64,000 bases of DNA, taken from the NCBI GenBank assembly GCA_012295275.1, contig CM022669.1:4774001-4838000 (forward strand). Direction: 5' to 3'. A model generated the notes under the pieces. The model was not told the origin of the DNA. It did not search any database and saw nothing but the letters and a program-made list of their open reading frames with translations. The translations under genes were made by a program, and so were the position numbers. Below are positions 42,387 to 54,336 of the stretch, piece by piece (position 1 is the first letter of the stretch; every line of letters starts with the position of its first letter). Source of the DNA: Chrysomallon squamiferum. Its lineage: Eukaryota > Animalia > Mollusca.

Positions 42387-43929
42387 CTGAAGTAAAAAAA
42401 TAAAAAAAAATAAACATAAAATAACTCTTGCTGCTGGTATAAGAAAAGTGAGCTATATGCATTGCTATGGTTTTTTTTCTAATTTTCACGTTCAGGAACT
42501 GAAATGGTACTCACAAAGAGTTATATATATTAACAACAAATAAAACAATATGCTGCAATGTTAAATAAGTAAAACAAAGTTGCAATCAGTAGTTGTATCA
42601 GCTTATTTCAGAATTATTTCCAACTCTAACCACTGCTCTTTCATTAAAGTCTGAGGCTGTGCTGTCCTGGCAGAGAAAACAGCAGATGTAAAAATCATCA
42701 AGTACAAAATAAGAAATTAAAGCAAGTTTCCTTTTGAGACTGTCACAATTACCTAATGTTTGAAATCAAATAACTAAAGTCAGAGATCTGATTAAATGCT
42801 TTCCCTTTTTATCTGGTATGTACTGTCGTGTCTGTGGGAAAGTGTTAATGTAAAACAACTTGAGAAAATAGTGCAAGTTATTTCCAAAAGTCAAAATATT
42901 TTAAATCCAAAAGCCTGTGACAGAAAAAGAATCAATCTGCTTTAGAAGTCTGATCATTTAAAACAAATTATTTTCTTTTGTTTTCTGCTCAAAAAACTTT
43001 CTGTTTTAGATTTTCAGCCTATATTCCTACCAACAGAAATATATCTACTCAGCCTGCCAAACTGTTCAAACAAAAATTCATCTGTTCAGCCCACATTTTT
43101 ACCAACAGATGTTCATCTGTTCAGACCACATTTCTACCAGTAGATGTTTATATTTTGTGCCCCCATCTCTGTCAACAGATGCCTGTCTACTGAGCCCAAA
43201 TTTCAACCAGTATAGGTACTGAGTGTCAGAGATGTGGGTGTGTTTGTGTCTGGAGTGGCCTTCACTCTGAGTTTTATTAAAGGGCTGGAGCCTCACATTT
43301 AGCAGAATTGTCACTCATCCTGACAGAAACAAGCTGACCACTTTTCATTATTAACACACTAACTATTACTGAATCAAAATATTAGTCGTTTTAGGAATGA
43401 GTAGAAAACAAAGGCAATTCTAGAAAATATTTTGTTTTTGTTTTGGGGTTTTCTGCTTAAGTTTGTACAAATATATTGGTAAATAAAAGTTTGTGTAAGG
43501 CTTTGGTTTTTGGTGTATGTACTTATTACATAAGTCTGTACAAAAATCTTCCAAATGTCTCTCTGTCTGTCTGTCTGTCTGTAAGCATGTTTATGTGTGC
43601 TATAAGTTTAATATCTTGTAACATATGTTAATAACTAATCTGCTTCAAGATAAACAATTATTTCTAAAATAAAAATCAATAAATCAGTTATTGAAGTGTC
43701 TTTCACATACATATTTTTTCCTTTGCCATACACACATTCAGATAGACTCCCTTTAATGTGCTTAATACGACAGGTTAATTAAACTTGGTATCTCTCTGTA
43801 AATAGACACAGTATTAAAGAAACCTATAAGAATGTAAAAGCTTCTTAATCTGCAGAGATCAATTTCTAGCTAGGAAAGTTTATTTTTGAAAGTACCTGCT
43901 GATAATCAATATAGTTCATGTGTGTGTAC

Positions 43930-43968
<39 letters not shown>

Positions 43969-43977
43969 TGTGTGCGA

Positions 43978-44023
<46 letters not shown>

Positions 44024-44843
44024 ATGTGTGTACATGTGTGTGAGTGTGTATGTGTGTGTGTGAATAACTGAATGCATTGTATGTGTATAAATATTTTCAT
44101 TTTATTGGTATAACTTAAATATCTATCTGTCTATCTATCTATCTTTTTATCTATAAATTTTTTTTTTTTTTTTTTACCAATGTTATGAGTGATTAAATAC
44201 ATTTTTATGCAAATTAATTGTTGCAGAATATAGAATTTTGAAATAACTATGTTTTTGTGAAGGATGAAAGCAATACAGAATTACCTGAACAGTAATGCTC
44301 ATTTTTAATTGAAAATAATAAAAATATATAGTAAGAATAATAAAAAAAATGTATTAAGTGTAAAAAAAATATTTTTTATGTCCTATATTTATTATATACA
44401 TTTTAATTAAAAATTGAAAAGAGATAAACAATATATATATATAAAAAATAAATTTTATAAGGCTGTTCAAAGATCTTATTTTTTAAAAAATACAAGGAAA
44501 TATTTGATTTTAAATTTTTCAAGCATGCATTAAAACTACTTAGCTTCAAATATACAAATATATTTGAATTTTAAAATAATAATTACATGAATATTTAATT
44601 ACAGATTTGTCAATTCTTATTTTAAAAATGATGAAAATTAAACAGTAAGAAGAGAAAAAAGAAATAGTAATTGAAATTTTTTTCTTTTTTAAAATTAAAT
44701 AAGAAAAAATATATAAAAACAAAAAGAAAAAGAAAACAGAAGAAAGTGTTTACAAGTATTTGAAGGAAAGAAAGAAAAATTAAAGTGGACACATATCTAA
44801 ATAATTAATGCATACAGTGTATTAAATTTTCAAACTTGCGTAC

Positions 44844-44940
44844 CAAATCTCCATACTGTTTTTCCGAGGAAACCAATATGGTGTCTGGCAATACTGTACA
44901 TTCCAAGAAGTCCACAAAAGAGAGCAGAAAAGCACGACAT
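44844..44940 (-). CDS. unc-13: Candidate alternative first coding exon of unc-13 (MSCFSALFCGLLGMYSIARHHIGFLGKTVWRF+G)
   Basis: accATG context, 32 open codons plus 1 nt, donor TTG|GTACGC in phase 1 matching the 42386 acceptor. In-frame upstream TGA near 44998-45000, about 2 kb of non-repetitive UTR-like sequence upstream. No recognised homology. Confidence 0.45.
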
Positions 44941-46914
44941 GGTTAGAGTTATTCCAAACTTTGTGTCCTCAACACTTAAGCTTCTTACATTCTCATGTCA
45001 CTTGATACTGTGGTAAATCTTTGGTTTAATCTCTGCTGTGCAGTTGTGATGCAGAGGCATGTAACAGTGTGTAATATTTTGTGTATATCCTTTGTAAAGA
45101 TGGGGAATGATTCTGACAAAGATCTGTCACAGAACAACTTGACGGCTTTGTGGAGTTTTAGTGAAAACTTAGTTAACAATGGTTTCAGAATGTGATCGCT
45201 AGGATTAGAATTAGTTTACTAGGTTTAGAACTGTTTCAGAATAAAAATATTTACTAAGTCTGAAATGATTTCTCAGACGACACTAGTAACAGGCTTCAAT
45301 AAATATGAAAAAAAAATGACTGTCATAAAAGTGTTCATGAATAATAAACTTAGAATGGTTTCTTGCAACAAACTGATGTTCACAAGGCTTGAAATGATCT
45401 TTGGAATTAGTTCAGAGGACAAAATGGTTTTCCAAGAACCAGTACTCCTGTTCTTGGAAATGTTTCACAAAATAAACAATTACTATATTTAAAGAAGTTT
45501 GTATTATCCTTGAATTTCAAACAGATTTCAATATCTGGAATTATTTCACAGAACAAGTTAACAATATTTTATTCCTGCATTTGTCATTATTAACAGGTAA
45601 AGTTAACATGAATAGTTCCATATCACTGTTTTGAGAATTGTGTTTCTTCAGATGTAAATAGAGATATTTTGTTTGCAATCTTTTATTTACATTTCTCTAA
45701 CTGTTTCCATTTTCCTGTGATCTGACTAAGTTTTTATTTTGCATTTCTTGACAAATAGGTTTATAATTTTATAACAAAGATATTGTTATCCATTAGTGAA
45801 TGAATAATTCCAGATATTATTGTACTTCCTGGAATACCAGGCATGTGAACAATTACATCTTCATAACCAGAAATTTAAAATATTTTTTTTATCATCCATG
45901 TTCATTAAAATGAAATACTCAGTGGGCACATTTTGTTCTCGTATTTCAAAAGCTTTCATTCATAACACTGTCACCATCAATGTAAACTATCAATGCTTTA
46001 TCGTTTCATTGGGTCTATGAATACACATTTTATTTTACATTTACTGTGAATAAAAACCAGAATAACAATAAAATCCAACGTCTGATGGGGAGTCAATAAT
46101 AACAGGCAATATCCAATATGCTGGGATGTTATAATCAAAGCAGTAATATTCCAGTGTTTTCAGATGTCATCAAAACCCTTTTGATTCAGATGTGTTCAGT
46201 AAAGTTATTCTTAATCAAACTGAGGAGGATGTCTGTGTTATTGGGTTAAAAAAGAGATTAAATCTAATGCTATAGATTCCCATTCCTATGGTGGAAGTGT
46301 GAATAAAACAAATAAACTGCTTCATTTTATGTTGGTGGGTGTTTTTAACTCATTGACAATCACAGCTGAAGGAGTTTCAGCTTGTTACTGAAATTAATAT
46401 TCAAGACACTTCTAATGAAGAAAGAGCAGACAGATCACAGATTTTCTCACTGCTCTACAATCCAAGCAAAGAACTCTGGTGACAGTCACACACACACTTG
46501 AACTTATGTCTGCACTGAGTAGAGGACACCCACAACACTGGTGTACAGTAAAACACACAATAATCATCACTGTGGAAGCAAACTCAATACACGGGTCATG
46601 ATTTCTGTAATTAAATTCATTCCACATTCTTATTATTTCATTACACATTTTCCAAAATGAATAACTAATCAACAGGACCAGTGTATGTTAGGAGGAACTG
46701 TTCATCATCACCAGAACTAAGTTATTGATCTCAGTTACAAGTCTTTAAGAAGAGACAGTCTTACACAAGCCAAAACACACAGTTTTAATATCCAATCTAA
46801 TTTGACTATAAAATAATGTTCCAAGTGCAATCGGTTTGGGATTAAGTTTTAATGATGTTAACATCTAGAACAGTTCTCATTCAAGGATAATTATAATGAT
46901 ATTAAAACTGAAAT

Positions 46915-47355
46915 AAAATATCAGTGGTATCAATGTTCTAAGTACAGTTCCAGAGGTCTTTGTATTTAAATAAAATTCCAGTGGTATCAACATTCTAAAT
47001 ACAGTTCCAGAGGTTTTGATATTTGAAGTGAAATTCCACTGGTATCAACAGTTAAATAATATTCTAATTCTATGAATTCTTTCAGTGAAATTCTAATGAT
47101 ATTAACAATACAGGAAAATTCCAATGGTATCAACATAAAAAAAAAATTCCTGTTTTATTGTTAAAGTGAAATTCAAGTGCATTCTATTTGAATAAAAATT
47201 CCAGCAGTACAAACATTCAATTAAAATACCAGTGGTATCAACAGTTGATATAAAACTCCACTGGTGATGACACCAAAGAAAAATTCCAATGTCATCAACA
47301 ACTGAATTAAAATTCCAATGACAGTGATATTTTAAATTTAAATTCCAGTGGTGCT
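46915..47355. repeat. Old degenerate tandem repeat
   Basis: Recurrent aaattccagtggtatcaaca motif at roughly 30 or 58 bp spacing. Confidence 0.65.
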
Positions 47356-48414
47356 ATGAATTGAGTAAATATGTTGTTTTGTAACATTCCAGAATCAAAT
47401 TAATGTGAAATTCCCAAAACTATTAACTTCATGTATTTCAGAGGCTTTCTGGCTGTCAGCATGTTTTACTATGACCCACCCACATACAATATACTGAAAG
47501 CTGGCGAAACAATAAATTATACATTACATCTACATACATACATATATATAGCCCTTATGAAACTTATTTCTGGAAAGCCATCATGAAAACCTACAGTTGT
47601 GTACATTAAGCCAAAAAAAATGTTTGGGGAGGAAATTAAAAAAAAAACATTAAAAATTTATATCACCAAAAAAATTACCTTTTAAGGATGATTTTTAAAT
47701 GAACTATTATCTATGTTAATGGATTTGAAAAATATATGATTATCTTCTGAGGTAAAATGATCTTTTAAAAAGAATTATATTTAGTTAAAGACAGGCAAAA
47801 TCAATACCGATGCTTTTTGATAACAGACAATATTTTTAAAAATTTTAATTGTAATAGTTAGTGATGTAAATAAATTAAAGACTGAATGATGAAAGAAAGA
47901 AAAAATAATCAAAAATTACTGAAATTTTTTTTCAAAAGTTTTATAATGATCTATATTATTTAATTAGTGTTTAAACTGATGATATAAAAAAAAAAAATGA
48001 AAAACTTATCTTTTTGGATAAAAAAAAAAAAAATCACATATAATAATTTTTAGTAGAATTCAGAATATTACAGTACAGTGTAAAATTCACTTTTAAAAAA
48101 AATAACAAGAAATTAAATTAATAAGTGGAGTTTCTAGATGAGATTTAATGGCTGTTTTTACATGTACACCCATTGTTCCCAAGGTTTCTCAGACATTTCT
48201 CTTTCTGTAATGTAATCTAAAGAAGATGTCTGCCATGTGTATTTCGATCACCAGTTTGATGGAACCCGACAAATAGAATAAAATTTCGTCCAAATTGGCA
48301 ATTCTTACTGAGCAGGATCAATGTTATCTGAGAAGAAGAGTGGAAATCCAATCAGAAAAGTAAGGTGAAAAAAAGGTGACTGAAGAAAAGAAACAAAAAA
48401 AAAAAATCTTTAAA

Positions 48415-48446
<32 letters not shown>

Positions 48447-50744
48447 AAAAAATAGGAAGAGAAAAAAAGGATGAAAAGAAAAATAGAAATAAAATTATTT
48501 TAGAAAAAAAATATAAAAGAAAACCAGAAAGGAAGAAAAAAGGAAAAAATAAACAAATAAAGTTTAAAAAAAAAAAAAATAAAAAAAAAAAATTAATTAT
48601 TATGTTGTAGTTAAAAGATATTAAGCTAATTTTTGTCTGAAAATGTTTAGGTAATAAAAATGTTGCCTTTTTATATTATTAACACTGTAGCAGAGAACAA
48701 AACAATGATGATTATAGTTCCATGGACAAAAATGTTTTGCTAGTCAAAGTTTCAGATCTAATAGAACAGTTACAATTATTAATCTACTGAATGATAAAAA
48801 AGTGAATAATATCTGAAAAGCTCTTTCTCTCTTGTAAAGAAGAAAACAGCAGATTCCTTTCTGAGACAAAATCAAAGAGAAAACCCAAACCAGATTGAAT
48901 TCTGCTTATTCTGTAAATTAATAAAGTGCAAGATAAGTATTATATATCCTGTGTAGTTCAGAAGGAATATTTGTGGTGAGTACCAGAACATGCAATTTAA
49001 TATATCTTGTATATGACACCAGTGAATAGATATAACAAGTACTGCACATCAACCTTGTAGAATTTCTAAACTGAAACATGTCTGACAAATTAAAATAGTT
49101 ACTGGAGGTTGTGAATCATTTCTGAAGGATAAACAAAGAATATCCTGTGTGAAATCTAAATCTTCCTCAAATTCTGTAACAGATAAAAATGTATACACAC
49201 TGTTAGTGAAGAATTCAATGTGATTGTCCGATTGATATATAAAAAAGAAATCTGAATCCTGCCAAAATTCTGACACTGTTGAATATTTGTGAAGAGTCTT
49301 GAAAGAGTGCTTTCTTTGTGTGAAAGTCTAAATCCTGACAAAATCCTCTTTCACAAATGAAAGATACACACGTGTTTCACAGTGACAGTTTTGGTTAATT
49401 ATCAAGTCAAACTGATGAGATCTTTGTCAACAGATTACTTATACAGTTGGAGTTTAAACCTGATAACTGGCATCAGAGTGTTTCTCTTGGAACTGTTGTT
49501 ATTGCATTAGACAACACCTGAGAGCAAAATCCACAAAAAGATAATTATTAATGTAAAATATAAACTGTTGTTTCACACACATGTAGGTACATTCAATAGT
49601 ATGCCACAGAAACAGAAACAGATTTCACATACAGCAGATGACTGAGTTTTCTTTTCTACAAAAGGAAATATATATACTACTGTTTCATTTGGAATAGAGA
49701 TCTAACAAATGTTTCACTTTGTGTTATACATATATTAAATGTTTCACCTTCTAATATAGATATATCCAATGTTTCAACCTCGGAACACAAATATGTTTGT
49801 TATGTCACTTCGAATGTAGATAAATCAATTATTTTACACTGTAATATAAATATATCAACTGTTTCATCTGGAATAGAAATATTTCAGTTGTGATATAGAT
49901 ATATGTCAGTTAATTCACTTAGGAACAAAGATATATTGTTTCACCTTGGAGTAAAGTTATATCAACTGTTTTACCATGGAACAGACACACAAAGTATCAG
50001 ACATCATTTCTCAGTGACATATGTACACATCCTTTTTTGAAGAAAACAGTTAACATGTTTTAAACTCAGTTCACTTGTTACTGTTGAACTGTGTGATGGT
50101 GCTTTCAGCTACTAGTAAATTCCTTTGGTGTGTATTGATTCACTTGGTACTATGGATTTTACCACAGTTCAGGGAAGTTTTGTTTGAAAATTATAGGCAA
50201 TTAGGTGTTTCAGACCACACAAGTCTAACAAGCATATTCCACAAGTGAATCTTTTGTAATAGGAGTTAATTTTCTTGTGAAACCATTCATCTTCTTTTAC
50301 AAATATATTTTTTAATTGTTTTTTTTTTTGTCAGTTGCTAATTCTAAGTACGTTGACCCCAAAAATTGTAAATATGCAGTAAGTATGAGAAAACAAACTA
50401 ACTGAAAGTGACAAGAACAGAAACTTGAAATTTTTATTTAACTTCCCAAAGATCCAGGTTTTAGAAGAAAGCAATGATCTTCTATTTGGAATAGAAAGTT
50501 TCTTTCTGTTTTAAAACTTTAAAACTTTTGAATTTCTATGCAAATTTTAACATTTTCCTTTTTTCAAATAATAAAAGATTCACTGTATGTTTCTTTTCAC
50601 ATGGGAGTCACTTAAAAAAAAATATAATAATAAAAACAAATTAAAAATTGACACAAGATTGCCTTTTCAAAAATGTTTTCACCAGTAAATTTTGCAGCTG
50701 TCTAGAATTATGTACAGTTTTACAGTCCTAGAAACATATCCAGT

Positions 50745-50870
50745 GCTACAGTTCCAGAAATGCCAAGTTTTAAAATTCTAGAAATGTCCAGTTTTAAAAT
50801 TCTAGAAACGTCCAGTTTTAAAATTCTAGAAATGCCCAGTTTTAAAATTCTAGAAACGTCCAGTTTTACA
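50745..50870. repeat. Short minisatellite, about 24-bp unit, about 5 copies
   Basis: CCAGTTTTAAAATTCTAGAAA(T/C)G repeated in tandem. Confidence 0.85.
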
Positions 50871-51444
50871 GATCCTGTACTGTCGGCAGGCAGCTGACCA
50901 CTTCAGGAAGTGTTGCTCGGTCTACAAGATGCTGTTTTGTTCCAGCAGCTAAGAGGAGGAAGAGATAGTTAATAGAATAATCCAGCCTAATGGTGCCAGC
51001 GTCTGGTAATACCTAAACAAATACGAGGATCAAAAGCCAGACGATGAGAGTTAATGACAAAACTATGATCAGTAACCCAGAGGCAAATGTGAATCAGTAA
51101 ACAACACCACTGATATCCAGTGTGTTATACTGGATATATTCCACTTCTGTCCTGCTATTTTTCTATATTTATGTATATAACTGATATTATATTTCATTCA
51201 TATTATTTTTGTACAGTTATTTATATAATCTCATATTTGATTAACACATAAGAGACATATTCCACTGTTTGTCAAGTTAATTTTTGTATAGTTACTTTAT
51301 ATATCTCACATATGATTAATACACAACACTAAACATTCCATTCACAAGAAGTTATTTTTTTGTGTTTTGCGATATCTTTTTTTTCTTCTTCTTCTTCCTT
51401 TTTCTTTTCCACACAGTCTTACTTCCAGGTTTAATAAAATAATC

Positions 51445-51925
51445 ACACATGCGGATTTGGCCAAAAAAAAAATTTACAAGACGTACGACGTGGCAAACTG
51501 ATTTTGTTGTTAGCAGCAACAATGACGCCAATGTGGTTACAGCAGTTGGCTTAACGCTGTTGTCGAGTGATTGGACAGGGTGTACGACCTTTTCGAAGTA
51601 ATGGACAGTAATAGGATCGTTGTAAGGTGGGCCGGCTTTCGCTGCATTAGCAGTCGCTTCTCCTGGGAGATCGGCAAATTAAAGACAGTTTCGCACTGAC
51701 TCATTACCCGCTCTCAGTTCATTAAATGAATTTCTGAAACTTATAATTGGCAGTTTGGCCATTGATATTTGTCTGCCGGCTGGGGTCTTTAAGGCTCTAA
51801 TAAAGCCACATCAAATGGATGTTGCAATCAAAACAAAACTGTGCAAGCTTCGTTTTTATCCGGCAGATCGGGTAAAGACTGTTCGCGTTGCCAACTGGTT
51901 GTTGTGACCTGTTAGTGGCAGCCAA
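51445..51925. promoter_or_regulatory. CpG-retaining, GC-elevated non-coding island (candidate promoter/enhancer)
   Basis: Roughly 20 or more CpGs in about 480 bp against a CpG-poor background; TGACGCCAAT (CRE-like plus CCAAT) near 51523, GATTGG near 51569; no ORF. Confidence 0.45.
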
Positions 51926-51942
51926 CACCTTAGAGTAAACAT

Positions 51943-52460
51943 AGGTGTTTACTGTATAGTTGACAGGTGTTTACTGTACAGTCGACAGGTGTTTACTGTA
52001 TGGTTGACAGGTGTTTATTGTATAGTTGACAGGTGTTTATTGTATAGTTGACAGGTGTTTACTGTATGGTTGCAGGTGTTTACTGTATAGTCAACAGGTG
52101 TTTACTGTAGAGTTGACAGATGTTTACTGTATAGTCGACAGGTGTTTACTGTGTAGTTGACAGGTGTTTACTGTATAGTTGACAGGTATTTACTGTATGG
52201 TCAACAGGTGTTTACTGTATAGCTGACAGGTGTTTACTGTATAGTCGACAGGTGTTTACTGTGTAGTCGACAGGTGTTTACTGTGTAGTTGACAGACAGG
52301 TGTTTACTGTGTAGTTGACAGGTGTTTACTGTATAGTCGACAGGTGTTTACTGTGTAGTCGACAGGTGTTTACTGTGTAGTTGACAGGTGTTTACTGTAT
52401 AGTTGACAGGTATTTACTGTATGGTCAACAGGTGTTTACTGTATAGCTGACAGGTGTTTA
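51943..52460. repeat. Minisatellite, 22-bp unit, about 23 copies
   Basis: Unit GACAGGTGTTTACTGT(A/G)TAGT(T/C); degenerate caggtgtt copies continue to about 52930. Confidence 0.95.
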
Positions 52461-53379
52461 GATAACCCAAAGTAGTTTGATATACAAGAAACAGGTGTTT
52501 TGGCTATGACAGACAGGCCTTTAGGTGTCATTGACAGGTATTTATAACTTGAGGTGTTATGTTATGTTTCAGGTGTTCACAAAATGCTAGTTGACAGGTG
52601 TTTCTGCAAATGTTTATAGTCCTTAGATGTCAATTCTCAGGTTAGGTATCTATTGCAGTTCTTTATATTCATGTTTAGATCAAACAGGTTTGATTAAAAT
52701 AATTTTGGTTACAACAGCCTATAGGTGTTATTATTATTTATAATGAGTAGTTATGTTTTTATCACAAAATGTTAATGAATTTATGCAAATTTTATCACAG
52801 GTGTTAAAATAATCAGGTTTTATTAGAGGTGTTAAAATAATCATGTTTTATTACAGATGTTAAAATAATGATTTTTATCACAGGTGTTAATAATATCATG
52901 TTTTTCACAGGTGTTAATATATTAATGTTTCATCATAGATATCATTATCATAGCTATAAGCCTAAAGTTTTATTATACATATTCCAACAGATGATTCATA
53001 ACATGCTTAATCATAAGCAAAACTGGTATTTTCACCAAAACAAATTGCTAATGCTATGGGCAAAATGACAATGTATCAAAGGCAAACAGACATTAGAAAT
53101 GTTTGTATTGTGGAAATTAGGTATATTATTAAAGGCAGCATGATATACTGCAAACCTGTTATTATTAATACTAACAGTTTGTAATGCAGTTACAGTTATC
53201 AGTCAATAATTAATTAAAAATAACAAAGGAAAAGAATAAATGAATAAATGCCTAAGCATACGTGTTTATCTAGACAATATCAAATATAAAACACACACGA
53301 AATACAACATTTTCTAACTAGACTACCAAACACAACACTGTTTAAAAATTCTATAATACATATTATCTATTATACATTT

Positions 53380-53470
53380 CTAGTTTTATATGCACTTTCC
53401 CACAGAAAAGACAACACACTGTGCAACCTTTGATAAAGCCAGTCATGGAGCACTTGTTTGGAATGGGAAT
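53380..53470 (-). mobile_element. Fragment of the same SINE-like family
   Basis: ttttatatgcactttcccacag...tttgataaagccagtcatggag is similar to 5135-5200. More degraded look-alikes occur near 21430-21540 and 33460-33560. Confidence 0.45.
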
Positions 53471-54287
53471 TAATTCTGTTTATGAAAATTAGAGGGTTTC
53501 TAGGACTGGTATCACCTTAAGCTGTAAATTCTAAATTGTATTCTATAATGAAAATGCTAAATTATATACAAAAACTGTACAGCTAGACTTGATCAATCGA
53601 GAACAAGACATCACTAGCCACAGAGTTTGTTGAGTTCATTAATCACAGATCTTATACATGTAGCTAAATGCAAATCAACTTTTAACCAGATGTTGAATAT
53701 TTAATTTGTCATAAATTTATAAAAGGCTTAATATTGTATTTTAATTCAATGTAAACTTTTTTTTATTATTATATTAAAATAAAAACGTTTTTATTTTCTG
53801 TTGTCATATATGAAATATATTGCTTTATTATTAGTTTGTTTTTTGTTAAATTTAAAAAAAAATTATTTGAAGTTTTGTATCGTCCTAAAAGCACAAGATG
53901 ACAAAATGATACTATTTTCATTTTTTTTAAAATTATTTTCTTTTTTTTTGAAAAAATTTTGCAGTTTGAGATATTGAAGTTATTTTTTAATAATTTACCA
54001 AACACAACCTGAAGTTGTTCTGAAAACATTTTTTTTTCTAGCATTTTCATATTTTTCAGAATTAACATTTATTTTCTATAATCAACATATTTTCTAGCAT
54101 TAACATATTTTCTAAGATTAATATTTTAGAATATAAATCTCTTTTCTAATTAAACACATTTTCTAGTATTAATGATTTCTAATGGGGTAACATGACTTCT
54201 AGAATATCACGTTTTCTATATTTTAACATGATTTCTAGGTTACGATGTTTTCTAGGATATCTGTTTATGATTTAACTGAAGACTTAC

Positions 54288-54336
54288 ATTGTGCATAGGA
54301 CAGAGCTCTTCTGGGCTGATCTGGCTGAGCAAGCAT
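54288..54336 (-). CDS. unc-13: unc-13 49-nt internal exon (MLAQPDQPRRALSYAQ+T)
   Basis: Strong acceptor tttctgtttttcag| and donor AAT|GTAAGT. Phase 0 to 1, exactly what is needed to bridge the 59304 donor and the 42386 acceptor, giving ...[28 protein letters not shown]. Confidence 0.85.

Noticed and set aside
48309-48327. 19-nt segment between a good acceptor (ctcttcttctcag) and GTAAGA
   Set aside because: Not frame-preserving between the 54288 and 42386 exons; could only be a poison or UTR exon and nothing else supports it.
49049-49341. Minus-strand ORFs of 75 and 61 aa as further unc-13 exons
   Set aside because: Both end in stops with no phase-compatible donor and no recognisable motif.
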